NCBI GenBank assembly: GCA_964187785.1
Contig: OZ076409.1
Coordinates: forward strand, 23,686,001-23,750,000
DNA length: 64,000 nucleotides
DNA from: Amphiscolops sp. MND2022
Lineage: Eukaryota
Reading direction: 5' to 3'
Every line of letters begins with the position of its first letter. The stretch's first letter is position 1. Shown here in pieces: positions 12,801-27,800 of the stretch. The notes beneath the pieces were generated by a model, which ran no database searches, had not been told where the DNA came from, and was given only the letters and a program-made list of their open reading frames with translations. A program made the translations under genes and the position numbers.

Positions 12801-15800
12801 ACCTTCCAACAAGATTATGGAAGAAAACAAGATCCATTCTTCCAGAGTCTACTGCGGGACGAAGCCATCGAATAATGGCAAACAATTGCAATCACCTCGG
12901 CAACAACCTTGATGGAGATTCTGGCACTATTCCACAAAGAGTTCGCCCGAGAGCCATAAAAGAAGTGACAAGCTATACGTGGAACAACGCCAAACATGAC
13001 CCGGCCAACAATTTTTTTCGCAAATTCCCGAAAAACCTCAAGAGGATGGCGGAACATGCATTCGGAGCTGAAGCTGAAAACCAAATCAAACGGTTTTTTG
13101 TTTGGCAAATTACCTGCTGAAATACAACAAGGACATGGATAACAAAGAAGACTGCTCTGCTGAAGAAAGCAAAACGTTCTTGATGAGGAAGAACCAATAT
13201 CAACAAATACTGAACTCGAGAGTCTCAGCACAGCCTTTCAACCAGGCCTCCACTACCGGTCCAAGGGATGTCACCAGAAAAAACAATCGGCCACAAAATG
13301 CCGAGAAGAAGAAGTTTGACGGACAATGTTTCTACTGCAGCAAAACTGGTCAGGGGAAATAAGAATGTCATGCGAGGCTCTGCGACGAAAATAGCAACAC
13401 TGTTAAATATGGTTAAATAGAACGCTATACTATCACCAAAGCGCCCTGATGGGAAATCAAAATACAACCTTAAATTAGTGTGCCAAATTTGCGATTACAC
13501 GGTTCACTTAGCAGTAGATTGCTATTAACGAATCCTCAAGCAAAGCAGCACTCCATCCGCCCAAATATCTTATAAGAAGTAAGAAAACACTGAAAACAGA
13601 GTGTTGGCGCCAGCCATCAACAGTCAATGAAAGTCGATCTGGAACATACTGGTTGAAGAACAAGAACCTGAACTTTTAACACCCTCAACAGACTGGTAAA
13701 AAAATTCGAGTGTGGCAAAACCGGCGAACCGTTCAAGTGAGTTTTCTCGAAGACTATTGGTCATAGAACCATGAACTGTGGCACACGTATGCAGAGACCT
13801 GACACGAACTGGTTGGACAAATTTCAACGTCATCCACCCTTTGTAACACCTTTTACCCCTCACATGTGATGTGTTCAAGAACAATGAGCCAAAAAACTAA
13901 AGTTTGGGCTTTCATGACTCTCGGAGCTTGGGCTACTGTCACTCTGAATTATTGGGTTTTTTTTACTCTGAGAGTTTGGGCTATTGTGGCTTTGGTACTC
14001 AGATTCAACTGCCAAAGGAAGAAATGGCTAAACCCTAACGGATTGGTCTCATCAAAACTGAAAACTTTCAGAAGAACTCTCTAAACAAAAATCAAACTTT
14101 GAGTCATCGGGATGCAGCTGTCAAGCACGGTTAGTCGGTCAAAGAAAACGAATAAAGCTTAGCTAGCAACCATGATGACCAACAGGTAGCGGATTCAATT
14201 TTGGGATGAAAAGACGCCATTCAGAAGCGAGAACGCCTCAACCAGACATTTCAGTATGCAGTAAAGATCACATATCAACCTCAGATACCTGAAGTTTTCG
14301 CACCCGGGACCAAGCAATGCAGAGCCAATTTGAGGTTTTGCAGCAACAGAACTCCGGCATTGAACGGCTGAAAATGCTAATGCTAGCTTGGGAAAATGGA
14401 AATGTCTTAGAATACTGTTTGGATTTTGAGAAAAAGAAACGTGCTTCGATGAAAGAATCGTTAGCAATGAAAAGTTGCGCGATGATCATCTCGCAAGTCG
14501 AAGAATTCGCTGGAGACCTTTATGCAGCAGCATGTCAAGAATTGCGGCGAAGAAGATCTGACATCAGAATGAACACCGAAGTTGCCGTGAAGTCAGGAGC
14601 CGAGGGAGCCATTTTGTGAAGTCTTCAAGACGCTGAGCAAAGACTAGTGGACGTTCGCGTATGCTCCACGGAAGATGAATCCCGCAAACGTATCACCTCA
14701 CCTCGAACGATTCCAGATAAACGACAACGAAGACAAAAAACAAGAGTATGAGAAATTGATTGAATACCAAGATCAATTGAGCGAGCCTAGAATAACAACA
14801 ATAGAAGAACTGGGCCCGCATTTGCAACGGGATAAAACCAGAAGAAACAGAACCTCTGATTTGCAAGAAGAGCTGGCTCGTAAAACCAGAATATCCGAAA
14901 TTGGTCATACCACTAGCTTTCGAAGTGTCTTACCAGTTGACAGTTTCACGAAAGTCTCAGGATGGATGGGCAAGACTGAAACAGCCGACAACGGTTGTGC
15001 GTCCATGATTAAATTATCAGTACACTCGGAACCAGAGATTACAGTGTAATATAATTTGTTCATTAAGAAACGTTCTCCTCACATATGAGGGACTAAAAAC
15101 CCCTAGAGAAGCCAACCATGCCCACAGAAGTTGTTGGACGATATGATTGGAAAGCGAGAACAAAAACTGATGTCAGTACATGCAGACAAGGGGCAACATC
15201 ACTACCAGGACATTTTTGCCATGACGAAGCCGACAAGGAACACCAGTGTTGGTCAAAATTAATTTCTATTTTCTATCTACAAAGGGAGGTAACCTCAAGA
15301 GTAGCGCATTTGAAGTACCACAGTACGCGATCACGCAGGAGCTGTGACCACCAAATCAAAGGACAATCTTTGCCTCAAAAGCAAGAGAGGAACTTTACAT
15401 CAGGTCTTGTTTGACAAAGCTAAAGCTGTCAGAATATTCCGGTGACCCATTAAGTGACCCAACGCAAGAGTGGTCGCAACTATTTCAAGCAACTAATCAC
15501 GCAGCAAACATAGACGACAGTGTGGAGATGAACCATCTGGAAACAATGGTAAAGGAAAAAAAAACAAAGAGGCTATTGCTGGCCCGGATACAGGGCTCAG
15601 AGGTCAGATGTATAATGTGGCGTTTAACTTGCTAGGTCGAAACTTTGGAAAACCTCAAATGGTTGCGAATGCTCAAAGGAAAAGGCTTAGCTCTTTTCTA
15701 CCGATGAAAACTAATGACGGAGCCGCATCAAAAAATATGTGAGATTAGTATCCAGTTTCGTGATTGTTCTGACAAATTTCAACTACGTGGGTGGATTTAA

Positions 15801-18800
15801 CTCAGAGGGAGTTTTAAGAAGTGCCTCAAGGAAGTTGACTCTGGACACGCAAATAAAGTGGCCTCCTTTTGTGAAGCTAATGAACCTTTTTCAACGTGGA
15901 CGTGCTGTTGTCAGTGAATGGCTCAATGATTTAGCAGATGTTCAAGATGAATTGCTTCTGTCTTCTAACCCGAACGCTGATCGCGCGAAGTCAAGTTACA
16001 AAAAAAGCACATCAGCAACAAACACAACGAAGGACTACCCAAAAAATCAGCGAGACTATGCGCTGAAAGATGGCTAACAACCAATGTGGAACTGTGAGAA
16101 ATTCAAGGAGGTGAACTTTGAAGAAAAAGGTTAGAAAGCGAAACGACAGTGACTTTGCTTCAAAAGTTTGTCAGAAGCACTCCAAGTGAGAAACTGCTCT
16201 AGCAGACTCTGTGATGTCAATGGTTGCGGGCACCTTCATCACAGATTGCTACACCGAGGTACAAGGTTTGAGAACAGAAGCAGAAACTAAAAATATTGAA
16301 GAGTTGTGTTCCCTATCGTGAATGAGAAGCAATGGAGTGTTTCCAGTCTTTTCTGTAACTATACGGGGTGATAGCAAATCACTGAAAACGCTCGCTTTGT
16401 GTAACTCTGGAGCAAGTATGTCTTACGTGGACGAAAATCTGAAGAAAGCTCTACATTCTACAGGGAAGGTAGATGATTTAATTGTTGCAGGGACTCATGG
16501 AACGTCAGATATCAGTAGCAAAAGAATTCGAGTCAAAATTGGTGATCAAGATTTAAAAAGTTGAGGAATACATCCTTGCTTTTAGTCATTCCGACGTAAA
16601 TGCGGGACATCTAGCGTAATACCTCAAAAAAATGGAGGAAGCTTTCCCTCACCTGTCAGTTTTGAAAACCTCCATCATCATCTTGGAAGATGTCAAAATT
16701 ATCTTTGACCAAGATTGTTATCACTTGCATAGAGCAACAGAATATAGACAATTTGGTAACGCAAAGCCATCAGCAGTGCAAATGAAGCTAGGATGAATGC
16801 TCAGTGGACCTTTGCCTCAATACGAGACTACCAAACTCGCTGCTGAAAGCCTAGTTGCTGCAGAAGTGAACCCATTGGTGGATCAAGTGAAAACTTAGTA
16901 GAGTATGGTATTGTATGCTTTTAACTGCAACGTAGGCGGTAAGTCGAACGAAGATGAGAGAACCCTCCAACTGCTCAAGACAACCACGGAGCTCGACAAG
17001 AGAAGTATGAGGTCACGCTACTTTGGAAAAACGCAAAACTACAAATGCCAAACAATTACAGTTTTGCAGTGAGTCAATTGAAGTCTCTAGGGCGCCGATT
17101 GGAAAAGGATGAGAATTTGAGACAACGCTACCAAGAGACTATTGATGTGGACGTGAAAAAAAGTTTGTGAGATTTCTGGATGAAATAGAGCTCGAAAACA
17201 CTAAAACAGAGCTTCAGTGGTATGTTCCGCATCTTCTTGTGCTGAAGAGATGTTTCTCCAACTGAGAGTACCACCTGCAGATCGCAAAGTACTACAAATT
17301 TTTGATGACAGAAAGCAACACTGACCCTATCTTTGTGTATGAAAATGGAATTCACATTTTTGGAGTTGAAATTCAGCAAATCATGTTTCGCGACAAGTCT
17401 GACGCGACAGCAGATTTGAAAATGGTGTAATTGCAAAGTTGATCAAGAGAACTTTCTATATGGACGATGTTCTGAGGTCAAAAGCTTCAGAGGAAGAGGC
17501 TGTTGAAATGTACAAAAGCTTGCGAAAGTCCTTAGCTGATAGCGGTTTCACCTAACGAAATGGATTTACTACTCCGAGAAAGTATTGGAAGTGATATCGC
17601 CAGGAAATAGATCAGTCGCACTAAGCAAGACATTCGAAGCTCAACCCCTGGCACCCTCAATCGTGAAATGTGAAGTCAGACAGTTTCGAGATTTGTTGCG
17701 GTATGGTAGAAGAAGTAACTGCTATGGTCACTCTGAGAAATGTTCTATTTCAAGTTGATTCTGTGTTTGATCCGTCGGGACTGTTTTCCTTTTCACAGTG
17801 AGAATGAGATTGTTGCTCAAGGGAATTCGGAAGAAACATGGGCAATCGGCGGTAGAAGAGGTATCGTGAGAAGACTATATAGTTTTTGAAGATTGGGCAT
17901 TCGATGAATGGAATGACTAACAGAAGAAAGTATCTGTCACAGTAGTAGGCTTGCATGTTTTCACCGATGCATTCTTGGAAGCTATGTGCATCGTACCTAA
18001 CTTTCGAAATCAGCAGACTGGAGAACTTGCCTATTTAGTAGATAAATGCAGAGTAGCGCCAATGAAACAACAATCAATTCCACGACTGGAGCAACAAGCA
18101 ACGATGTATGGGACCAGTTGAAACATCTTATCGTGGACGAGCATGATATTGAAATTAGGCAAACTTTCTTTTGGACGGATTTGATAACTGCTTTGCAATG
18201 GTTGCATGGAGCTGACAAGAAACAACCAGTACTTGTGAACAACATGGTGGCTGAAATCCTGGTGAGTTCAAGCATTGATCAGAGGAGGCATGTCGAAGGA
18301 CCATTGAACCCAGCCGATATTGGAACAAGGGAAAAATCGGCTGGAAACCATCCGAATTCCACGGAGATTCGTTGGAATAGCCCAAATGGTTTTCTTTGGT
18401 ACACAATTCACAAAACAGCAAACTGACAACCAAATCGCAAAGTGTCAGCAATTGTTATGAGACATTGAAGAAGTTGAAAAAGTTCTTCACTGCATCAGAA
18501 TGTTTCCGGAAAAGATGATTGCTCCGAGAGACACAACAGACTTTCGCATTTCGATGTTTCAAAGTCAGGAAGCAGATGACTTTTTGTAGAAAAAAAGGAT
18601 ATTTGGAAAAAAACTAGTTATGACGTGCAACGGTATGAAGTGTGTCTGTTATAAGCTAATGACTAGACCAATGTGAACATATTATTAGGCTCATCAAAAA
18701 GTTTTTTCGATGTTGAAGAAATTAAAATAGAATGCGGAGGTGAAAATTGCCTACTAGACTACTAGCAAAAAAGAATTTGATAAGAAGTTTGTCAGAAAAT

Positions 18801-21800
18801 GGAGGAAAACAAACAAACATTTTGATACTGTATGCAGTGGTATCCTCATTAGCCAGCTAATGTCAGAGAAATTTGCAAAACAGCTTCGATGTTCAAAGTA
18901 AATTCGCAGAACGACAAACTGATTTAATGATTTAACGACAGATTTGATTTATTGCAGGAACCTGGTGGGAATCGGTTGCAGTTTAGTTGCAAAAATCAAG
19001 TTGCAATCACTGCTGACATTAACTCAATGCTCTTGCAGTAGCTGCTCAAGGAGAAGATAGCAAAGCCTTTTGTTTTCTTTGGAGTAACAAAGCTGATGGA
19101 GAATTGGAATATTTGAATACAACAGGCATGAGTTTGAGCCCCGAACTTGGGCAATTTTGGAGTCCAACGTGTAGGAAACAAGACGAGAACGTCTAAAGTC
19201 GGCGCCATCTCTAAGGGTCAAAAACCGCAAAACATTTTTTTGGAGAAAAATTGAAATTTTTGAATTTTTTCTTCCAAAAAAGTCGCGTAGTGCCGAAAAA
19301 TGTAAAAGGGGGACCCTTCTGGATTTATTAGCATACATTCCGCTGCAAAATATTAAAAACCTCGAAGGGGAAACCCTTTGGGGACTTTACAAATATTTTG
19401 AAAAAAGGTCGCACAGTGCCGAAAAAAATTCAAAGGGGGGACACTTGTGTCACGCCCGGCATTCTAGGTTACGTTAAAAAAGTAAAAAAAATGAAAGGGG
19501 GGACCCTTTGGAGACAAAAAAAATTTTCGGAAACAAGTCGCACAGTGCCGAAAAAAATCCAAAGTGGAGACCCTTTAGGCACGTCCGGATGTGTATGTTT
19601 CCTTGAAAAAGTAAGAAATGAAAGGTGGCCCTTTGGACTAAGTTTGCAAGTTTGCTTGGGCCGGACTTGGCCTAAGTTGGTTTCAGGATTGTTTCTAAAA
19701 AGTCGACCGATCAGTGTGAGGATTGTAGTCTGAAGAAAAAAAGTCACTGCTATTGTCGGGCATTTTTCCCTAAAAGGATAAAGCGCCTACTAAAAACTAG
19801 AAAGAAATTTCCATTACCAGCATTTACACTTATAAACACAAATTTTCAATTCCACTATATCGGCGTATTTGATGCTACACCACCAAAACTCTTTTAGTGT
19901 TATCAACAGCTAGTTCAAATTCTCAAGCGCAGTGTTTCCCCGTTGAACTAATGAACACGTAGGTGTCTCAAAGTTCCCGAAGGTATTCCAACAGAGGATC
20001 GCTTGGGAGCGAATAAATTCGTGTTACAATTGAAAGTGTTAGGCCTCGAGAGGATTATCGATCAGTTAAGTTCAGGGTTAACGAAAGATGTCCACAGAAG
20101 TACACACCGAGTGACTTTGTTAGTTGTCTTCTCTGAATTTGATCTCATGGGAACTTTTTCGTCATTTACAATGCGATTGAAAATGCTTTTGAAGAGCATT
20201 TGGAACAGTTTGCTGGCCAGTCAGTCATAGGACAAGAGAACCGTTAATAAACCAAATTCACTAGCTGAATGTACATTTTTGGTTTTCCAAAGTAAAAACA
20301 ATTGCACATATTCAGCGACGTGACCTGGGAAGCGATGTGAATATTTACAACTGAGTGCCAAGGATAGAACAGAAGTATAGTTTTCTGATCGGGAAATTTT
20401 GATTAGCTGCTGGCAGACAGTTGTCTTTCCCTCGTCTCGAGTTTCAGAATGCTTTGTAATCAGTGAGGCTGCGGAAGCTCTTGTTGCGGAAGTTTTACAC
20501 ATCCGAAAGATTCCGTTACCGTACTACAATTGTTAAATTCAACAGACGAAGAACCGATGAACAAAGTGTCTTCTTTACTAATAGGAAAGCTGGAATCTTG
20601 GTAAACTCAATTACTAATGAAAGGAAGTATGCGCACGGCGAGGTGATTCCATCATACATAGGATTTCATGGAACAACTATTGAATGAGGTAAAAGAAGCG
20701 AAAAATTATCTGGACCAGATTGATTCCAACACAGCGCTGTCTTTTATAGCTGTAGCCAGTGATTTTCGTTTTCGATTATAATGCTGAAGCAATATTGGCG
20801 AAGAATAGCGTGACTGAGAGCCACCTGTTGATTGAAACAGGTTTCACACTTTTTCAATTTATTTCAATGTTCTTGCATTCTGCTAACGGTTGAATTATAC
20901 ATGTATTTCAAAGTTCTTACTTGTTGGAGAAAATGGACGAGCAGGAGAGCGAGTCTCCGGATTGATTCAAAATTGATGTTTTTAGTGAGGGGCACCAAGT
21001 CAGTTTTTCACGAGTTTTAGGACAAAAAGGATTTCGTTGAATCAGGAGTGGTATCAAGCATGCCAGCCTATGCTTTAAACAACCTGATCCACTTTAGTTA
21101 TCCACGAATCATGACATGGTTTTCGCCATGCTGTAAGATTTGCATCTCAAATACAATTTTGAATGTGACGAGTACGTCAGACGAAATATTCAGCAGCAAT
21201 TCTGAATATTGGGATTACGAGAAGATTTTAGAAGTATCGAAAATCGTTCTGTATTCTCTTACAATCGAAAGCTACCATCTGGCTCAGATTCAAATTGCTC
21301 CTATGGCTGACCTACCGTCCGAGAGAATCGATTATAAGTTCCTGGTAGTATCCTGGTAGTATTGTTTGAATGAACTATCCCAGGTCTTTTCAGGATCATC
21401 ATCGGCAGGAGTGACAAGATGCGCCATTAAAGTCTGTCCTACCGAAAACAAGTTGTCATCAAAGTTTCCTGTGTTAGAGATCGATTACCCAGTACAGCAA
21501 CCTTTTTTCTTTTTTTGCATTTTCTAACCAACATCCTGATCACCATACATTCTCAAAATGTGACGCTCTACGAGTTTTAGTTTTTCAAACGGTGTATTCT
21601 TCGCCCTAGTTGGAGGTACTTTGCAGTTTTTTTCAACGAGTTCCTGAACCACAAAAAGATACCAATAAAACCAAGAAGACCGAAAACTTTTTTTTGCATT
21701 TTTAGGCATTTTTTGTTGATTTGATGTTTCAAGGTTTACTTTGAATCACCTAGAGATATCAACGACAAACGAATTAGCTACCTCGTATGCTTTGTCGAAC

Positions 21801-24800
21801 AAAGAGAAAAAAATTAGCTTCAAAAAGGCCTGCAAATGAGCACCAAAAAAAATTGTTTTCACAATTGAACGTGTTAAATTAAATTTTATATTTTTCTTTT
21901 AAATTTTCGGGAGTATGATTGATAACAGAGTTCAAAGAAACTTAACTTTTCAGCATTTTTCAAAAAAAGAACTTTTGTTCTGTTTTCAAATGTCACAAAA
22001 TAAGCACACTTTTATTCGGCGCACTTTGAAAGGAGACACCCGCCGAGCAGCCGCATATTTTCCCCTGAACTATTTCAGCTACAACAAACGTTCAGAACTC
22101 AAGAATAGCCAATAAATTACCAAGTTGTAAAAAAAATTGAAAATTGAAACTTTTGACACTTTTCAATTCATTGCATCAGTTTTTTTCCCTACACCCAAAA
22201 AAACATCCAAAACCATTTTAAAAATCAAAAATCTTTGTTCTTTTGAACGAAAAAAGTTCAAAACTTAAAGACTGGAAACAGTGGTCAAATAATTGTCGGC
22301 TTCAATTGTTGTTTTCGAGAGAACATGCAAAACGTCACAATTTTTTGCAGAGGTGTTTTTCCCAAGACCAAACAAAATTGATAGGGATGAAGAATTTGCT
22401 CAAAACCCAACAGTGGTTACTTCAGAGGGATTATATCATTATTTCCGCACCGGCACTGTCCAATGCTCTAACCGCTACCCCTCGATTTCCAGAAACTGAA
22501 ACGTTTACATTGTTTGGTTCATTTGACTCTTTTTTTTCGAAATCCCGGTATTACTCTGAACAAAAATCCGATAATTAGCCTAAAAATATTTTGTTACAGC
22601 TTTCAAGGTTCAGGATGTTCCCCTAAAAGCTTTCCAGAAATGAGAAGTTTTGATTTCTGTAAGACATTCTTTGAAGAAAGTGTTGATTTCCAGAAAAATA
22701 AAACTACTTAATAAGTGGACGTTTGTCATTCAATTCTGTGGGTTGTCATATCCACGTCATGCCAAGCAATTTTTTGAAAAAAAAATGTTTGGCCATCCAA
22801 AGTGTACTCAGCAGCCGGAAATTTGACTATCGAAATCTGTGGAATTTCATACGCACAAAAAAGCAAACGGTCCAAAAATGATCTTTTTCTTTCTAAGTGG
22901 AATGGTGACCAATATCCTATTACTTACAAATTTTAGTAGATCTAGTAAATGAACTAATTTGTGAAGAATCCGCGCAAACTAATAATTGTTTAGTGAAGAA
23001 TCCATGCAATTTCAAGAATTCAGGAAAACAGTGGCGTTTGATATCGGCGATTCTTCAAAGCTTACACACGGTGTATGTACTGAACAATCTTACCTGTCCT
23101 TGGAACTCGAACCTCTCTCGTCTATTGTCGCGCAGCAGGAAGCATCTTTGATAAAATTCGTTAACTGTTCCACCATGTTCATAGCATTTTGCCCGGGAAT
23201 CACGAGACAAGCTGGTGACGTCATGCAAGTATAGTGGTAGTCTCTTCTTAGTGAAACTCCATTTTTGGATAGCGTCTTTTGATTTCAGTATAACATGTGA
23301 ACTAATTTGACCTTGATGTGCCACAAAAATCAGGTTCAAGATAAGGGCAAGTAACACGGACCCGAAAATGCCCACATAAAGACCCAAAGATCTCTTGATT
23401 TCCTGGTTTTCATTCGTTTTCCTCAATGCTCTTGTTTTTTCCTATAGACAGAGCTGTCCAAGTTGTATAAAAAATTATTCATGTTGTTTTCAAAATTTGC
23501 CAGCTTGTTCAATTTGCTTTTGTGAAATTATGGTTGTTCACTATCTTTTCCAAGTCTAACTTTTTCGTCGAAATACTAAATGTTTCATTTCAAGGATGTT
23601 TGGAAATTAAATGATAAATTGATTCAGATTTTACAAAAAACAAAAAAATTCTCATACTACGTAGGTTTTACACGAGTAAGATTGGATATTTTTGACATTC
23701 ATTTTGAAACTCCGAGAAAATTTTGAATTTGAAGAGTTTTTTTAGTTGCCGCTAATTTGATCCGCTAATTGAATCGCTGAAAAATTTTTGCGCGGCCGCT
23801 AATCCGCTAAATCGCTAATTAGCGGTGTCAAAACTCTGCCCATGATTGATACGATACCGTTTAGGTAATAGAGGGCTACTTTCTGGAAAGAAGTAAGGTG
23901 ACATCAATAAATAACACAATTGGATGGAATGTGTAGTAAAAATAAAAATACCGCATACAGAAGAAAAAAACACGATTGGCTATGAAAAAAAAATTAGCAG
24001 GTTCTTTAGTAGGCTACAGCCTTGCGAAGAAGTTTGAGTGAGAAAAACTTGAAATGTTTGTCGAAATATTCAGTGAACAGCCCTGCCTTGAGACCCAACT
24101 GAGGCGTAGTTTTTCGCTTCAACAACAATAGAGGTATCTTTCCCTTCCATTCAAACACTTTTTCTCGGATGTATTCCCGAGAACGTTTGAAAATGATAAT
24201 ATATAAAAATGGATTCAGCTGAGAGAAAAGCATTTGTAGGGGGAGTTGGAGCAAGTCTCCGTAGAAAAACAGAGCTAGAGCCCAAGTAGGGGGCATGTAT
24301 TTGTACAACCCAGTCTTGTAGAGCAGCAAAAAGTAGCTTGGGGCCCAACAGACAATCCAGAGAACCCATCCACAGCAAAAAGCCACCGTCAAATTCCGAT
24401 TCCGCTTTTGGTGCTTCTGCATTCCCTTCAGAGCTTTTATGACATTGCAATACAAGATACCAGACACGACACACGGAACCACGAAGAAAAGGCTGCTTTC
24501 TACAGAAGCCCTGACGAAAGACCTACAGCAGGGAACTTGAAATAATCGAGTACGTCCTATCACTACTATAGGCGTGCGTTATAGAAAAGAAACGCGGTTC
24601 CTTGATAAATCTTTTAAAACGGCAAATGTTTATATATGAAAACATACGAAAAGAAAAGACATAAAAGATCAACTTCGACTATTGAACTTGATCTTCGTCG
24701 AAACGACCGTCGAGTGATAATTTTTTTAGTGCGGGCTCTGGATGTTGGAACCGTCAGCTGTTATTTTGCGTCCTTATTTGAACAACCAAACTATAGCCTG

Positions 24801-27800
24801 CTGAGCATAATTTTTCATATCAAAACTATTTAGCATTTATTTCATCTACACAAATTCAATGTTTGAAAGAGATTCTCACGAAAAAGGTTTCATTACAGAA
24901 ACATAAACGTTTCTTTCAAATATATCCATTACAGTAATGTACACATAAAAGACATGACATTCAAAAATAAAAAAATCCCTACACTAAAAAATTCAAATCG
25001 TATTTTTAAAAATTGTTCAGCTAGAAAAATAAGTCGAGGAACTTACACTTTTCGGCAAACGTTCTGTCCCTGGCTAAATAGTTCCAACTGTTTGAAAAAG
25101 TTTCAAATAAATTGAAATTTGGAAGCTTGCTTAACAGTGATAGAGTGCCTTCATTTAAATGTTTGGAAAAAAATCCGTGAATGTTTTGGAAATTTTTACC
25201 TCGGAAACTCGTGAAGTTGTGTGAAAATTTTTTTCAGCCAATTTCAGCGTTTCGATAATTTAATGGAAATTCGTATTATCAAAATAAAGAATGGTATCTT
25301 GAGAACACACTTTTTGTTTCGCTCGATGTACCCTGCCAATGTCATTTTCACAGCTTTTCCAAAAAATAATATCCAAAAAAAAATAAAAAAAACAACTAAA
25401 ATCTTTCAGTTTTCATTGTTTCAAGGTATATTCCATTACCTGTATATCTTGACTCAATACACACTGCCGTAAACATCCAAGATTTCCTGGAGAGTAATAA
25501 CTAAGCTTTTTAAGCGAAGCGAAGCCAATTGCAGTTCGCTTTTCAGAGGCAAGTTTCACTTTTTTTACTGTCACAAAAGGGACATTGACCAACTTTTTCA
25601 ACTTTGAGGCCTTATTTCTCGTCCTCTATGATGAGTACGCGTTTGGTTTTTTCAAAAAAAATGAAAAGATTCTGAATTACAGTACTGTGATTAAGAAATC
25701 GTCCCCCTATGACGTTTTCAGCCCATCAAAATAGTTTATTTGCTCTCACTTTCAATTCTGATTGGCGCAGCAAGTGAATTTCACGTAAATTTAGGAAATT
25801 TTACCTTTTGAGCCTGATAATTTGGAAAAGGTTGATCTATTTTGAAATCAAAATACATCATTATATTCAGTAGATTTGAGGGAGTTATTTGAGCATAAAA
25901 CTTGCCGAAAAAATGTGGATAAAACGGTCAAAAATTATAAAAACGGAAAAAGTACCAAATTTGCTCAAAATCAGCCATTTGTAACTTTCTCAATTTTTGT
26001 CCCAGAAAAATTAAAAAAAAACACTAATATAAACTAGATGAAATTCTATGAAACTTTTATCTCTGATGTTTTTCAAAACTCTCAACCAATTTCGAGAAAA
26101 TCGAGCCTAAAATTGCCCGGGGTTTTTTGTTAATCACAGTACTGTACTTTCCATTAAAAATTTTTTTGTCAATGAATGTTTCAACGGAGACTTTTTCCGT
26201 TAGAAAACTTGATAGGTGGAATGTGAATATCAGTTTTCTATCAGTTGGCCCCTGTTATCTCCGGAACCATTCGAGGTACTGGCTTGATGAGTCAATACTT
26301 TTTCATGGTGTATTCTTGTGGAACAACTTTCATCCGCCAACGTTGCTCCTTGTTGCAATTTTTGACGAGAATGTTCATTGGTCAAATTAGCCTTTTTAGC
26401 TTACCCTAGCCGATATCTTCGAGAGTACACTTGTGCTTTATGGATGCTCTCCTCGTCTACATTGTATTCTGGTACTGTGTTGCATTATCAAGCTCCCTAT
26501 TTCTTTCAAATGATGTACATTTCGTGTCAAACGAGTATTTTTCTCAGGCCTTGGGCGAAGCAGCTTAGCTCCTATGTTTTTAAATAATGATCTGCATTTT
26601 CCAATCTTACACGCCAGTAATAGCTTTGACTCGCACTGATAAGGTATTGAATTTAGGAATTATTTGGGTAGGAATCTTGCCATGGAATCCATGGCAGCCA
26701 AGATGCTAATAGGTTGGTCAACCCGGAATGCCAGAAAGTCGCCAACGATAATTGTATCCATTCTGATTTGTATCTGTATGCCATTCGAAAACAAAGGCAA
26801 AACGATGACATTTTTATGATCTTCATTCCAATGTTGTCTGAAAAGTGTTAAAAATCAAAGTTCCAGTACGTTTTGTTCCGTGAGAGTAATAACGTTTAGA
26901 TAAACTACATTATCTTTGTAATTTAAAGATTGAAGCAACCTAAAATATGACTTTTCGACAAGTAGATAAAAATTTTCGGGCAGGCAGTGAAAAGCTTAAT
27001 GGAATGACCACCTATTTTGCGTTAAGTTGAAAGATTGCAGCACAAATGTGGGGTCCTCAGTGGTGAAAATGGCTAAGGTTCCGTATACGTGTTCAAGGAC
27101 AAGTATTTTTGATGTTTGTTTAATGAGCACAAATAAATGGACATAAAAGATTGTGTTCGACACCTGAACTCAATCCTTCGTCGAAACGACTGTCGAGTGC
27201 AGGCTCTAGAGTTTGGAACCGTTTTTCATTTTGCGTCCCCAAACAATAGTTCCCCAATAGACAAACAATCCCCAACTGAGCATACGTTGTCATATTTATG
27301 TCTGAAATTTTTCTGGTGCATGAAAAGCCCAAAACAAACAAACAAATTTGTTGTTTCTTGTTTCATTCATTTTCTGCAATTTTGTAACACTTTCTGAAAC
27401 GCTTGTTGGGTGTGAATATTCAGAGAGTTGAACAAAAAACCAGGTAGCTCATAGTGTATAAAAGAGTGGAGAAGGACCCCTCTGCTTTGGATTGGTTTTG
27501 CTTTTCATGTTAGAGGCTTTGGATGTGTTCAAAATCAAGTACTAAGTACATATCGTAAAAGGGCACATTGCACAAAAAATTGATCAATCAGAGTGTGAAT
27601 GTCAAAAACTAGTCACTGTAATAGTCGGACACTTTTCAAAGAGTGAAAAGCGTCGGCTAAAAACCGCACTATTTGGGAGGCGGGTGACTTTGAGTCGTTC
27701 ATGTTGCGGCAAATTACATGTTATATAGGTCAAATTAAATAAACTTTTTACATGCGGCGGCAAAATGTAACTATCTACTTCGACGAGCAGGGTATTAAAA

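Noticed and set aside
20221..20502. TSATRASAAS resembling a tyrosine recombinase motif
   Set aside because: Only one weak motif and no supporting catalytic residues.
21290..21335. PMADLPSERI BEL/Pao integrase-like motif
   Set aside because: Too short and isolated to define an element; possibly debris of the Pao element upstream.
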